Shown here: one piece after another, positions 44,667-54,868 of the stretch
Numbering within the stretch: position 1 is the stretch's first letter
Layout: each line of letters begins with the position of its first letter
Assembly: GCA_902594485.1 (NCBI GenBank)
Contig: CACJMJ010000001.1
Span: forward strand, 6,574 to 70,573
Reading direction: 5' to 3'
DNA from: an uncultured Bacteroidota bacterium
GTDB taxonomy: Bacteria; Bacteroidota; Bacteroidia; Flavobacteriales; Flavobacteriaceae
Length of the DNA stretch: 64,000 nt
The notes under the pieces: generated by a model
The model's input: only the letters and a program-made list of their open reading frames with translations
What the model was told of the DNA's origin: nothing
The model's database searches: none
Program-made: the position numbers and the translations under genes

Positions 44667-44698
44667 AAAAAGGAGGTTTTTTAACCTCCTTTTTTTTT
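44667..44698 (+). terminator. Intrinsic terminator of the susCD-lipoprotein operon
   Basis: AAAAAGGAGGTT-TTTT-AACCTCCTTTTT followed by further T residues. Confidence 0.9.
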
Positions 44699-44712
44699 AT
44701 ATATACTTTTAT

Positions 44713-45456
44713 ATGGATAAACAAGTAGAGATTTACGGCATTAGATCTATTATAGAGGCAATTGAGTCATCAAAAGAGGTGTCAAGAGTATATCTACTTA
44801 AATCAGATTCACATCAAAGCAGTTTATTTAGGTCATTAGTTAGATTATTAGAAAATAATAATATTAAATACTCATTTGTTCCTAAGGAGAAATTTAAAAA
44901 GTATATCAATAAAAATCATCAAGGAGCAGTAGCAATATTATCTCCAATCAAATTATTATCAATTGAAGAGCTAGTATCAACTACATTTGACAATAAATCC
45001 CCAAAAACATATTTATTACTGGATGGAGTAACTGATACAAGAAACTTTGGAGCTATTATCAGAACAGCTGTCGCAGCAAATGTAGATGGAATAATTATTC
45101 CTCAAAACAATTCTGCACCAGTAAACTCTGATGTAGTTAAGACATCATCAGGAGGAGTATTTAAAATACCAATTGCAAGGGTTAACAATATAAAAGATGC
45201 TATTCTACATTTAAGCTCTCTAGAAATTGATATTATAAGTCTGTCTGAAAAGGGAGAGGACACAATATACAGTTCAAATTTTAAAAAATCTGTTGCTATC
45301 ATTATGGGTTCAGAGGAAAAGGGTATATCTAAAAGTATTTTAAAGCTATCAAATAATATTTTAAAAGTACCCATAAGCTCAAAGATTGATTCACTTAATG
45401 TTTCTGTTGCTTTTTCAGCAGTTGTATTTGAGATCATTAGGCAAAGAAATTTTTAA
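44713..45456 (+). CDS. rlmB: 23S rRNA 2'-O-methyltransferase RlmB (TrmH/SPOUT family)
   Basis: NHQG, LDGVTDTRNFGAIIRTA, MGSEEKG, SLNVSVA. Confidence 0.9.
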   Translation: MDKQVEIYGIRSIIEAIESSKEVSRVYLLKSDSHQSSLFRSLVRLLENNNIKYSFVPKEKFKKYINKNHQGAVAILSPIKLLSIEELVSTTFDNKSPKTYLLLDGVTDTRNFGAIIRTAVAANVDGIIIPQNNSAPVNSDVVKTSSGGVFKIPIARVNNIKDAILHLSSLEIDIISLSEKGEDTIYSSNFKKSVAIIMGSEEKGISKSILKLSNNILKVPISSKIDSLNVSVAFSAVVFEIIRQRNF

Positions 45457-45488
45457 GCTAAAAACTGTAATTTAGTAAAAAATTAAAG

Positions 45489-47999
45489 TTGTCTACTAAT
45501 AAAATAATTTACTTAATCCTATTTTTTTTAATTTTAAATGGCTGTAGTTCTAATATTTACGATGGACTTGAAGAAACAGTGCTTACAGATAATACTTTTA
45601 TTGTTAATGATACAATTGTCAAAAGAAACCCAGTAAAATTATTAATTGACCCACCTACCCCATCTAATAAATTTCTAGGATATCCTATTGGATTGTACAT
45701 TTACAACTTATCGAGTGATAATCCTGATGAAAAGTTTGATTTATGGCTTAATAAAAAGCCTAAAAGGTATACTAGATTATCAAAAATACTATCAGATAAA
45801 CAAGTTAAACAACTTAAAAAGTATAATAATTCATTTAATGAATTTTTAAAAAGTTTAGGTCAAGAACCATTTAGGCTCAGTGAAACAGATGTTAATAATA
45901 ATATATCTAGGTTAAAACAGTTTTATAATAATGAAGGTTATTTTGATTCAAAGGTTAATGTTGATACTATCATTGAAGGTAAAAAGGCTAATCTTCAGTA
46001 TAAAGTAAAAACTAATACCAGATACTTAATTGATTCAATTTCATTGAAATTTAAATCTAGAGATATAGATTCACTCTATAAAATTTCAAAAGATGCAAGC
46101 CTAGTAAAAAAAGATGAATATTTTTCTATTAATAAATTATTACTTGAGAGAGATAGGCTAATATCATTATTTAAAAATAATGGTATACATGATTTTCAAC
46201 AAAGAAGTATAAATTTTAATGTTTTAATTGATAGTACAGGTAATAAAAAGAAAATTCCGTTAATATTATCAATAAACAATAAAGATGAGGAGAGTGAATA
46301 TAGCGTTAAGAATATTAATGATATAAAAATTTATGTTGAATCACTTGATGAACTTTCAAATATAAGTTCATATACTGACTCTCTTAATTTCAATGGTATT
46401 AAAATATTCTCAAAGGGTAAACTCAATTATTCTCCAAGATCAATAACTGAACCTGTATTTTTTAAAAAAAGTCAAAAATTTATTGAGAATGATAAACTTT
46501 TAACTTCTAGATACTTCTCTAATTTAGGAGCATTTAAATATCCCAGAATTATAATTGAAGAGGAAATGGATTCTTTGAATACCTTAATATATCTATTACC
46601 AAGAGACAGATTTAGTTTAGGTTTTGATTTAGATTTTACTCATTCAAATATTGAAGATTTTGGAATATCATTCGGGACAAATTTTAATATTAGGAATATA
46701 TTTAGAGGCACAGAAAATCTCTCAGTTAATCTAAATAATAGCATTGGAGCCTCTAAAGATATTGGAGATCCTGATGATTCATTTTTTAATCTTTTTGAAT
46801 TAGGAGGTAATCTTAATCTAAGAATTCCGAGAGCAATACTTCCCTTTAGGTCATATAAATTAATTAGAAAGGAAATGAATCCTGCTACAAATATAATTAT
46901 AGGTTCAACTGTTCAAAAAAATATCGGTTTGGACAAACAATACTATTCAGGAATATATGAGGTTAATTGGAATCCATCTAGATACTCCAAAATAAATTTT
47001 AAACTTCTTGATTTTGAGTATGTGAATAATCAAAATGTATCTAATTATTTCAATGTTTATAAAAATTCCTACGATAAGCTTAATTATATTTCATCAATCT
47101 ATAATCTTGATCAATCAACACTTAATCAAGATGGAGATCTTACAATTCCTGAAGGCTCAGAAATTTTTATTTCACAAGTTCTTAATAACGAAACAACCTT
47201 AGATTCAGGTACAGATTTTTATAAAAATGTAAATTCTATTTTAGAGAGAAAGGATAGGTTAACAGAGAATAATTTAATAGTTGGTTCTTCAATTACAATT
47301 AACCGAAATACTCAAGAAAATTTCTTAGATGAGAATTTTTCTAGATTGAGATTAAAGTTTGAAATGGTAGGGAATGTCTTTAATGAAGTGCTTAGAGGAA
47401 GAAACCTAAATTTGGATAATAAAGTTGAAATTTCTGATATTTTACCCTCTCAATACACAAAAGCTGAGGTTAATTATATCAAACATATTTTATTAAATAA
47501 CGGAAATATCTTTGCTCTTAGGGCTTTCACTGGTATTGCAATACCATATGGAAACTCAGATTACATACCTTTCACAAGATCATATTATGCAGGGGGTTCT
47601 AATGATAATAGAGCATGGAAAGCATATAAACTAGGACCAGGAAGCAGCAATAATATAAATGAATTTAATGAAGCTAATTTTAAAATTTCTTTAAATTTTG
47701 AATATAGAAATAAAATTTCAGGAAAGCTCAATGGTGCCTACTTTATTGATATTGGTAATATATGGAACATTAGTGATAATACTGATGATGACTCTATGAC
47801 TTTTAACAATTTTTCTGATTTGAGTGAATTAGCTATTGGGACTGGTATTGGGTTAAGATATGATTTTAACTTTTTTGTTTTAAGATTAGATACTGCCTTT
47901 AAAACATATAATCCAGCTAAAGACAAAAGTAATAGATGGTTTAGTGATTTTAGTTTAAATAAAGCGGTATTTAATATTGGTATTAATTACCCATTTTAG
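45489..47999 (+). CDS. Omp85/TamA-family lipoprotein (TamL-like; TTG start)
   Basis: Lipobox LNGC, POTRA-like GYF motif, YYAGGSNDNRAW, GLRYDF..FVLRLD, C-terminal INYPF. Confidence 0.85.
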   Translation: MSTNKIIYLILFFLILNGCSSNIYDGLEETVLTDNTFIVNDTIVKRNPVKLLIDPPTPSNKFLGYPIGLYIYNLSSDNPDEKFDLWLNKKPKRYTRLSKILSDKQVKQLKKYNNSFNEFLKSLGQEPFRLSETDVNNNISRLKQFYNNEGYFDSKVNVDTIIEGKKANLQYKVKTNTRYLIDSISLKFKSRDIDSLYKISKDASLVKKDEYFSINKLLLERDRLISLFKNNGIHDFQQRSINFNVLIDSTGNKKKIPLILSINNKDEESEYSVKNINDIKIYVESLDELSNISSYTDSLNFNGIKIFSKGKLNYSPRSITEPVFFKKSQKFIENDKLLTSRYFSNLGAFKYPRIIIEEEMDSLNTLIYLLPRDRFSLGFDLDFTHSNIEDFGISFGTNFNIRNIFRGTENLSVNLNNSIGASKDIGDPDDSFFNLFELGGNLNLRIPRAILPFRSYKLIRKEMNPATNIIIGSTVQKNIGLDKQYYSGIYEVNWNPSRYSKINFKLLDFEYVNNQNVSNYFNVYKNSYDKLNYISSIYNLDQSTLNQDGDLTIPEGSEIFISQVLNNETTLDSGTDFYKNVNSILERKDRLTENNLIVGSSITINRNTQENFLDENFSRLRLKFEMVGNVFNEVLRGRNLNLDNKVEISDILPSQYTKAEVNYIKHILLNNGNIFALRAFTGIAIPYGNSDYIPFTRSYYAGGSNDNRAWKAYKLGPGSSNNINEFNEANFKISLNFEYRNKISGKLNGAYFIDIGNIWNISDNTDDDSMTFNNFSDLSELAIGTGIGLRYDFNFFVLRLDTAFKTYNPAKDKSNRWFSDFSLNKAVFNIGINYPF

Positions 48000-48042
48000 A
48001 AATAAGTTTAATATTTTTGACAAAAATTAAAAATTATTTATT

Positions 48043-49101
48043 TTGAGAGATAACTTTATTTTCGGGGAAAAAAATCAACAATTATTTAGTTTAGCAAAAG
48101 AAAGGAAATTTGCTCTTCCAGCGATTAATGTTTCTGGAACAAATACAATAAATTCTGTACTTGAGACTGCTTCTGAACTTAACAGTCCAGTTATAATTCA
48201 ATTTTCTAGTGGTGGCTCTCAATTTATCGCTGGTAAAGGAATGCCAAATAATGGTTTTAATTCTTCAATTTCAGGGTCAATTGCCGGTGCATACCACATT
48301 CATAAAACTATCGATAATTATGGTGCTAAAGTTATAATTCATACTGATCACTGTTCTAAAAAACTTCTTCCATGGATAGATGGACTTTTAGAATATGGAA
48401 AAGACTTTTACAAGAAGAATAAATTTCCATTATTTTCCTCTCATATGATTGATCTTTCTGAGGAACCTCTTGAGGAGAATATTGCTATTTGCAAGGAATA
48501 TCTCAAAAGATTAAGTGATCTTGACATGACCCTAGAAATTGAGCTAGGAGTTACAGGAGGAGAAGAGGATGGTGTTGATAACACTGACATTGACTCATCA
48601 AAATTATATACACAACCCGATGAAGTAGCCTATGCTTACTCAGAACTTATTTCTGTTAGTGATAAATTCATGATTGCTGCAGCATTTGGTAATGTTCATG
48701 GTGTATATAAACCAGGGAATGTAAAGTTAACTCCTAAAATTCTTAAAAATTCTCAAGAATATGTTTCAAAGAAATTTAATCTTCCTGAAAACACTTTGAA
48801 CTTTGTTTTTCATGGTGGATCAGGTTCATCTGTAGAAGAGATAAGGGAGGCAATAAGCTATGGAGTAATAAAGATGAACATTGATACTGATCTTCAATTT
48901 GCTTTTTCAGAAGGAGTTAGAGATTATATGATTGATAAAAAAGACTACTTAATGACTCAGATAGGAAATCCTGATGGTAGTGAAAACCCTAATAAAAAAT
49001 TTTATGACCCAAGAGTGTGGTTAAGAAAAGGGGAAGAGACATTTAAATCCCGATTGATAAAAGCTTTTGAAGACTTAAATAATATCAATACCTTAGATTA
49101 A
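48043..49101 (+). CDS. fbaA: Class II fructose-bisphosphate aldolase (TTG start; TATTTTTG -7 element at 48012-48019)
   Basis: HTDHC, GGEEDG, FGNVHG, FHGGSG, NIDTD, YDPRVW. Confidence 0.96.
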   Translation: MRDNFIFGEKNQQLFSLAKERKFALPAINVSGTNTINSVLETASELNSPVIIQFSSGGSQFIAGKGMPNNGFNSSISGSIAGAYHIHKTIDNYGAKVIIHTDHCSKKLLPWIDGLLEYGKDFYKKNKFPLFSSHMIDLSEEPLEENIAICKEYLKRLSDLDMTLEIELGVTGGEEDGVDNTDIDSSKLYTQPDEVAYAYSELISVSDKFMIAAAFGNVHGVYKPGNVKLTPKILKNSQEYVSKKFNLPENTLNFVFHGGSGSSVEEIREAISYGVIKMNIDTDLQFAFSEGVRDYMIDKKDYLMTQIGNPDGSENPNKKFYDPRVWLRKGEETFKSRLIKAFEDLNNINTLD

Positions 49102-49112
49102 AGTCCACATAT

Positions 49113-49973
49113 ATGAGTTGGTTTAAAAGAACAAACAAGAATATAAATACTAAAACTGAGGAGAAAAGAGATATACCTGCAGGACTTTGGTATAAGACTC
49201 CCACTGGAAAAATTATTGAGACAAAGGAATTAGCAGAAAATATGTATGTGAGTCCTGAGGATGACTACCATGTACATATAGGAAGTAGAGAATATTTTGA
49301 AATTCTTTTCGATAATAAATTTAAGGAGATTGGAGCAAAAATATCCCCCGTAGATTTTTTAAAGTTTCAAGATCAAAAAAAATATTCGGATAGGCTTAAA
49401 GATGCCCAAAATAAAACCAATTTAAAAGATGCAATTAGGATTGGTTATGGTAAGTCCTATGGGAAAGAGATTGTGATTGCATGTATGGACTTTAAATTTA
49501 TTGGCGGGTCAATGGGATCAGTAGTGGGTGAAAAAATTTCTTTATCTATTGATTATGCAATAAAAAAGAAGTATCCACTAGTTATAATTTCAAAGTCAGG
49601 TGGTGCAAGGATGATGGAATCTGCAACCTCATTAATGCAAATGGCAAAGACTTCTGCAAAATTAAATGATCTTTCAGAGGCAGGTATTCCATACATCTCA
49701 TTATGTACTGATCCAACTACTGGAGGGACTACTGCATCTTTTGCAATGCTTGGAGATATTAATATAGCTGAACCAAAAGCACTAATAGCATTCGCTGGAC
49801 CAAGAGTTGTAAAAGACACCACTGGGCAAGACCTACCTGATGGATTTCAAAAGAGTGAATTTCTTCTTGAAAAAGGATTTCTTGATTTTATAAGTCATAG
49901 AAAAGAGTTGAAGAAAAAAATCAATCTTTACATTGATTTAATTCAAAATAATACTCTTCGTAAATATGATTAA
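49113..49973 (+). CDS. accD: Acetyl-CoA carboxylase carboxyltransferase beta subunit
   Basis: [38 protein letters not shown]. Confidence 0.96.
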   Translation: MSWFKRTNKNINTKTEEKRDIPAGLWYKTPTGKIIETKELAENMYVSPEDDYHVHIGSREYFEILFDNKFKEIGAKISPVDFLKFQDQKKYSDRLKDAQNKTNLKDAIRIGYGKSYGKEIVIACMDFKFIGGSMGSVVGEKISLSIDYAIKKKYPLVIISKSGGARMMESATSLMQMAKTSAKLNDLSEAGIPYISLCTDPTTGGTTASFAMLGDINIAEPKALIAFAGPRVVKDTTGQDLPDGFQKSEFLLEKGFLDFISHRKELKKKINLYIDLIQNNTLRKYD

Positions 49974-50000
49974 ATAATTTAATTTCTAAATATATTCTAG

Positions 50001-50008
50001 TATATTTG
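50001..50008 (+). promoter_or_regulatory. Sigma70 -7 element for rpsO-pnp
   Basis: TATATTTG followed by CGGC, 18 nt before the rpsO ATG. Confidence 0.75.
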
Positions 50009-50026
50009 CGGCTCAAAAATAATTGA

Positions 50027-50290
50027 ATGACAGTACTTAAGAAAGAAGATATTTTTAAAGAATTTGGTAAAAGCAAGAAAGATACTGGTTCTTCTGAAAG
50101 CCAGATTGCACTTTTTACTAAAAGAATTGAAAGCTTATCAAACCATTTGAAATCAAACGCAAAAGATTTTAATACAGAAAAATCACTTGTAAAAATGGTG
50201 GGTAAAAGGAGAAACTTACTTGAGTATTTAAAGAAAACAGATATTCAAAGATATCGTGATATAATAAAAAAATTAGGTATCAGAAAATAG
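50027..50290 (+). CDS. rpsO: 30S ribosomal protein S15
   Basis: DTGSSESQIALFT, LVKMVGKRR, LGIRK. Confidence 0.98.
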   Translation: MTVLKKEDIFKEFGKSKKDTGSSESQIALFTKRIESLSNHLKSNAKDFNTEKSLVKMVGKRRNLLEYLKKTDIQRYRDIIKKLGIRK

Positions 50291-50293
50291 CAT

Positions 50294-50346
50294 TTTTAGT
50301 TTGGTTGTCTTCATTACACACAACAAAAATATAACCAATACTAAAA
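50294..50346 (+). promoter_or_regulatory. Stem-loop in the rpsO-pnp spacer ending 1 nt before the pnp ATG
   Basis: TTTTAGT-TTGGTTGT pairs with ATAACCAA-(T)-ACTAAAA around a 22-nt CA-rich loop. Confidence 0.65.
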
Positions 50347-50347
50347 T

Positions 50348-52456
50348 ATGAATCCAAAACCTTTAACACAAATTATAAAATTATCAGATGGTAGAGAAAT
50401 TTCTATTGAAACTGGTAAACTTGCAAAGCAAGCTCATGGATCAGTAGTAATTAGAATGGGAGATTGTATGCTCTTGTCTACTGTTGTTTCAAGCTATGGT
50501 GCTTCATCTCTAGATTTTTTACCTCTAACAGTTGATTATAGAGAAAAATTTGCTTCAGCTGGAAGATTTCCTGGTGGATTTTTTAAAAGAGAAGCTAGAC
50601 CTAGTAGCGAAGAAATACTTACTATGAGGATAGTTGATAGAGTTCTACGTCCATTATTTCCAAAGGACTACCATTCAGAAACTCAAGTTATGATTCAACT
50701 TATGTCCAATGATGAGAATGTAATGCCTGATGCTCTTGTTGGTTTAGCTGCCTCAGCAGCAATCTCATTATCTGACATTCCATTTGATGGTCCAATCTCT
50801 GAGGTTAGAGTTGCAAGAATTGAAGGAAATTTTATAATAAATCCTTCTAGAATTCAATTAGAAGAATCTGATATTGATATAATGGTTGGAGCTACTGAGG
50901 ACTCTGTTGTTATGGTTGAGGGAGAATTTGATGAAATCTCTGAAGAAGAAATGACTGATGCAATAAGATATGCTCATGATGAAATCAAAAGACAAATTGA
51001 TGCACAAAAAGAACTTATTAAACAAGCTGGTATTAGTTCAGAAAAGAGGGAATACGATGAAGCAGAAGAAGATCAGGATTTAGAAGCTGAAATCTTGGAT
51101 AAAATTTATCAAAAATCATATGATATTGCTAAGAAGGGACTTTCAAAAAATGAAAGAAGCGAATCTTTTGGTTCATTGAAAGAAGAACTGATAGACTCAT
51201 ATGATGATGAGATTATTGAAGAAAAGAAAGACTTGATTGTAAAATACTTTAACAAAGCACAGAAAAAAGCTATTAGAGATCTAGTTCTAAATGAAGGTAC
51301 TAGGCTAGATGGAAGAAAAACAGAAGATATAAGAGATATTTGGACAGAAGTTGGATACCTACCTTCTACTCATGGATCTGCAGTTTTTACAAGAGGTGAG
51401 ACTCAGTCTCTTGCATCTCTAACATTAGGAACAAGTAGAGAAGTAAACGTAATTGATATGCCTACAAATCAGTCAGAAGAAAGCTTCTATTTACATTATA
51501 ACTTTCCCCCTTTTTCAACAGGAGAAGCTAGACCTCTTAGAGGAACATCTAGAAGAGAAATTGGCCATGGAATGTTGGCACAACGTGCCCTTAAAAAGGT
51601 AATGCCAGATGATTGTCCGTACACAGTTAGAATTGTATCTGAAATTTTAGAATCTAATGGATCATCTTCAATGGCATCTGTTTGTGCAGGATCACTTGCT
51701 CTGATGGATGCAGGTATAAATATTAAAAGTAATGTTTCTGGTATAGCGATGGGACTTATTAGTGAAGGTGATAAATATGCTGTACTTTCAGACATTCTTG
51801 GAGATGAAGATCACCTTGGAGATATGGACTTTAAAGTTACTGGAACTAGAGAGGGTATAACTGCATGTCAAATGGATATTAAAATTAAGGGATTAAAATA
51901 TGAAATTCTTGTAGAAGCATTAAATCAAGCAAAAAAGGGTAGACTTCATATTCTTGATAAACTTGACAGTTCACTTGATAAACCAAACGAAACTGTAAAA
52001 CCTCACGCACCGAAAATGGTTACTATGGAAATAGCTAAGGACTTTATTGGTATGGTTATTGGGCCAGGTGGTAAAAACATACAAGAACTTCAAAAGGAGT
52101 CTGATACAACAATTGTAATTAACGAAAAAGATGAAGTTGGTGTAATTGAAATACTTGGTGTTGATCAGGAAAAAATTGATAACGCTATTGAAAGAATTAG
52201 AAATTTAGTTTTTGAGCCAGTAATAGATGAAGTATACAAAGTAAACGTTGTTAAAATACTTGATTTTGGAGCAGTTGTTGAGTTTGTTCCAGGTAAAGAA
52301 GCTCTGCTACATGTTTCAGAAATAGCATGGGAAAGAGTTGAAAAAGTAACTGATTATATAAATCTAGGTGATCAAATTGAGGTTAAATACCTGGGGATTG
52401 ACAAAAGAACTAGAAAACAAAAAATTTCAAGAAAAGTTTTATTAGAAAAAAAATAA
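50348..52456 (+). CDS. pnp: Polyribonucleotide nucleotidyltransferase (PNPase)
   Basis: [41 protein letters not shown] and S1 domains. Confidence 0.98.
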   Translation: MNPKPLTQIIKLSDGREISIETGKLAKQAHGSVVIRMGDCMLLSTVVSSYGASSLDFLPLTVDYREKFASAGRFPGGFFKREARPSSEEILTMRIVDRVLRPLFPKDYHSETQVMIQLMSNDENVMPDALVGLAASAAISLSDIPFDGPISEVRVARIEGNFIINPSRIQLEESDIDIMVGATEDSVVMVEGEFDEISEEEMTDAIRYAHDEIKRQIDAQKELIKQAGISSEKREYDEAEEDQDLEAEILDKIYQKSYDIAKKGLSKNERSESFGSLKEELIDSYDDEIIEEKKDLIVKYFNKAQKKAIRDLVLNEGTRLDGRKTEDIRDIWTEVGYLPSTHGSAVFTRGETQSLASLTLGTSREVNVIDMPTNQSEESFYLHYNFPPFSTGEARPLRGTSRREIGHGMLAQRALKKVMPDDCPYTVRIVSEILESNGSSSMASVCAGSLALMDAGINIKSNVSGIAMGLISEGDKYAVLSDILGDEDHLGDMDFKVTGTREGITACQMDIKIKGLKYEILVEALNQAKKGRLHILDKLDSSLDKPNETVKPHAPKMVTMEIAKDFIGMVIGPGGKNIQELQKESDTTIVINEKDEVGVIEILGVDQEKIDNAIERIRNLVFEPVIDEVYKVNVVKILDFGAVVEFVPGKEALLHVSEIAWERVEKVTDYINLGDQIEVKYLGIDKRTRKQKISRKVLLEKK

Positions 52457-52499
52457 TTTTTTTTCACTTTGGAACAATTTTTGTGGCATTTATTAGTCT

Positions 52500-53363
52500 A
52501 TGAGACAATTAAAAATAACAAAACAGGTAACTAATAGGGAGACAGCGTCTCTTGATAAATATCTTCAAGAAATTGGTAAAGTTGACTTAATTACTGCAGA
52601 GGAAGAGGTTGAGTTAGCTCAGCGAATTAAAAAAGGCGATCAATTTGCTCTTGAAAAATTAACAAAAGCTAACCTAAGATTTGTTGTCTCTGTTGCTAAA
52701 CAATATCAAAATCAAGGCTTGACATTACCTGACCTTATTAATGAGGGTAACCTTGGCTTAATTAAAGCAGCTCAAAGATTTGATGAAACAAGAGGTTTTA
52801 AATTTATTTCTTACGCAGTCTGGTGGATTAGACAGTCTATTCTTCAAGCTTTAGCAGAACAATCTAGGATTGTAAGACTACCGCTTAATAAAATTGGCTC
52901 AATAAATAAAATTAATAAGACATATGCATTTCTAGAACAAGCTCATGAACGTGCACCATCTGCAGAAGAAATAGCAAAAGAGCTAGATATGACTGTAAAT
53001 GATGTTAAAGAGTCACTTAAAAACTCTGGTAGGCATGTTTCAATGGATGCTCCTCTAGTTGAAGGTGAAGATTCAAATTTATATGATGTCCTTAATAGTG
53101 GTGAGTCCCCAAATCCTGATAGACAACTTTTACATGAATCTCTGAGGACTGAAATTGAAAGAGCCCTTGACACTCTTACACCTCGTGAAGCAGATGTTGT
53201 AAGACTTTATTTTGGTCTTGGAAATCAGCACGCAATGACTCTTGAGGAAATAGGTGAAACTTTTGATCTGACTAGGGAAAGAGTTAGACAGATTAAAGAA
53301 AAGGCTATAAGAAGATTGAAGCATACCTCAAGGAGCAAAATACTTAAAACATATCTCGGATAA
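52500..53363 (+). CDS. rpoD: Primary sigma70 factor, short Bacteroidota type
   Basis: [38 protein letters not shown]. Confidence 0.97.
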   Translation: MRQLKITKQVTNRETASLDKYLQEIGKVDLITAEEEVELAQRIKKGDQFALEKLTKANLRFVVSVAKQYQNQGLTLPDLINEGNLGLIKAAQRFDETRGFKFISYAVWWIRQSILQALAEQSRIVRLPLNKIGSINKINKTYAFLEQAHERAPSAEEIAKELDMTVNDVKESLKNSGRHVSMDAPLVEGEDSNLYDVLNSGESPNPDRQLLHESLRTEIERALDTLTPREADVVRLYFGLGNQHAMTLEEIGETFDLTRERVRQIKEKAIRRLKHTSRSKILKTYLG

Positions 53364-53445
53364 ACTTTTAGCTGTTAATGTTTATATCTTTTCAAGCTTA
53401 TTTTAATTAGATAATTATATAATTTTACCTTAAATTAAAATTATT

Positions 53446-54090
53446 ATGTCTACAAAAATAGCTCCTTCTATTCTAGCTGCAGATTTTGGTAATCTTTCCA
53501 GGGATTGCGAAATAATCGATAAAAGTAATGCAGATTGGTTCCATCTTGATGTGATGGATGGCTTATTTGTTCCAAATATTTCATTTGGTATGCCAATAGT
53601 AAGCTCAATTAGGAAAATGACAAAAAAGCCTTTAGATGTTCATTTAATGATCATTGAACCCGAAAGATACATCGATAAATTTATTGAGATTGGCTCTGAC
53701 ATATTGACTGTTCATATTGAAGCAACCTCAGAGATGGATGAAATCTTAGATAAAATGAAAGAATCTTCAATTAAGTCAGGAATTGCAATTAATCCCGACA
53801 CTCCAATTAATAAATTAGAGGATTACATTAACAAGGTTGACTTGGTATGTCTGATGGGAGTTCATGCAGGTTTTGGAGGACAGAAATTTATTGAAAAAAC
53901 ATTTGATAGACTAATTGAGCTTAAAAGTCTAATCGATTCAAGAGACTCGTCTGCTGTAGTTGAGATAGATGGAGGTGTAGACAATACAAACAGCAAAAAA
54001 CTTAAATCTTTAGGAGCTGATATCCTAGTTGCCGGAAGTTATATATTTAAATCTTCCGATATAAACAATGCAATTGATTCATTGAAGTAA
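53446..54090 (+). CDS. rpe: Ribulose-phosphate 3-epimerase
   Basis: IAPSIL, HLDVMDG.FVPN, DVHLM, EIDGGV, VAGS. Confidence 0.97.
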   Translation: MSTKIAPSILAADFGNLSRDCEIIDKSNADWFHLDVMDGLFVPNISFGMPIVSSIRKMTKKPLDVHLMIIEPERYIDKFIEIGSDILTVHIEATSEMDEILDKMKESSIKSGIAINPDTPINKLEDYINKVDLVCLMGVHAGFGGQKFIEKTFDRLIELKSLIDSRDSSAVVEIDGGVDNTNSKKLKSLGADILVAGSYIFKSSDINNAIDSLK

Positions 54091-54121
54091 AGAATTAAAA
54101 TATTATTTTGCACATCTAGGT

Positions 54122-54868
54122 ATGAGACTTCATTTAATTTTTAAAATATTTTTTTTATTAACTGTAATGATTGGTTGCACATCAAATACAAATTATAATG
54201 ATGAGGATTTAAATATTGATAGAGATAATCTTAGTGATACTTTGGTAGTAGAGGATAATCTTAATACTCCGCCTGAAAGCCCATACAGTTTTATAGCTCT
54301 CGGAGATAGCTATACAATTGGGGAGGGAGTAAATGAGGATGAAAGGTGGCCTAATCAATTTGTTGATGTTGCTTATGAGAATGGTGTCGATTTTGATCAA
54401 CCTATGATAATTGCAGAAACGGGATGGAAAACATATGACTTACTTAATGCAATAAACCAAACAAACTTTATTAAAAAATATGATTATATCTCACTTTTAA
54501 TTGGAGTTAACAACCAATTTAATTCTAGACCAATAGATGAATTTGAAGAAGACCTGAATAAGTTGATGGATGAGATGAAAAGAATAAAGAAAAATGATGG
54601 AAGTATAATTATAATTTCTATTCCAGATTGGGGTTATACGCCTTTCGGAGAATCTAGTGACATGAGTGATATATCAGAACAAATTAATCTATTTAATAGT
54701 AGTTTAAGAAAATTCGCAACTACCAATGGTATAAAATATGTTGATGTTACTGAGATCTCAAGAAGAGGGATTAATGAACCTGATCTTATTACTAACGATA
54801 ATTTACATCCCAGTGGAATAATGTATTTAGAATGGGCTAAGAAAATTTATAATATTTGGATAGATTAA
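54122..54868 (+). CDS. SGNH/GDSL hydrolase lipoprotein
   Basis: Lipobox MIGC; LGDSYT, TGW, IGVNN, DNLHP. Confidence 0.9.
   Translation: MRLHLIFKIFFLLTVMIGCTSNTNYNDEDLNIDRDNLSDTLVVEDNLNTPPESPYSFIALGDSYTIGEGVNEDERWPNQFVDVAYENGVDFDQPMIIAETGWKTYDLLNAINQTNFIKKYDYISLLIGVNNQFNSRPIDEFEEDLNKLMDEMKRIKKNDGSIIIISIPDWGYTPFGESSDMSDISEQINLFNSSLRKFATTNGIKYVDVTEISRRGINEPDLITNDNLHPSGIMYLEWAKKIYNIWID

Noticed and set aside
52445..52500. GAAAAAAAA-TAA-TTTTTTTTC hairpin after pnp and GGAAC...GTCTA ECF-like promoter before rpoD
   Set aside because: The stem is almost all A-U and too weak to call; the GGAAC-GTCTA spacing is 20 nt, longer than the usual 16-17, and runs into the start codon
52500..53363. rpoD as a truncated gene or pseudogene
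   Set aside because: Bacteroidota primary sigma factors normally lack region 1.1 and the non-conserved region
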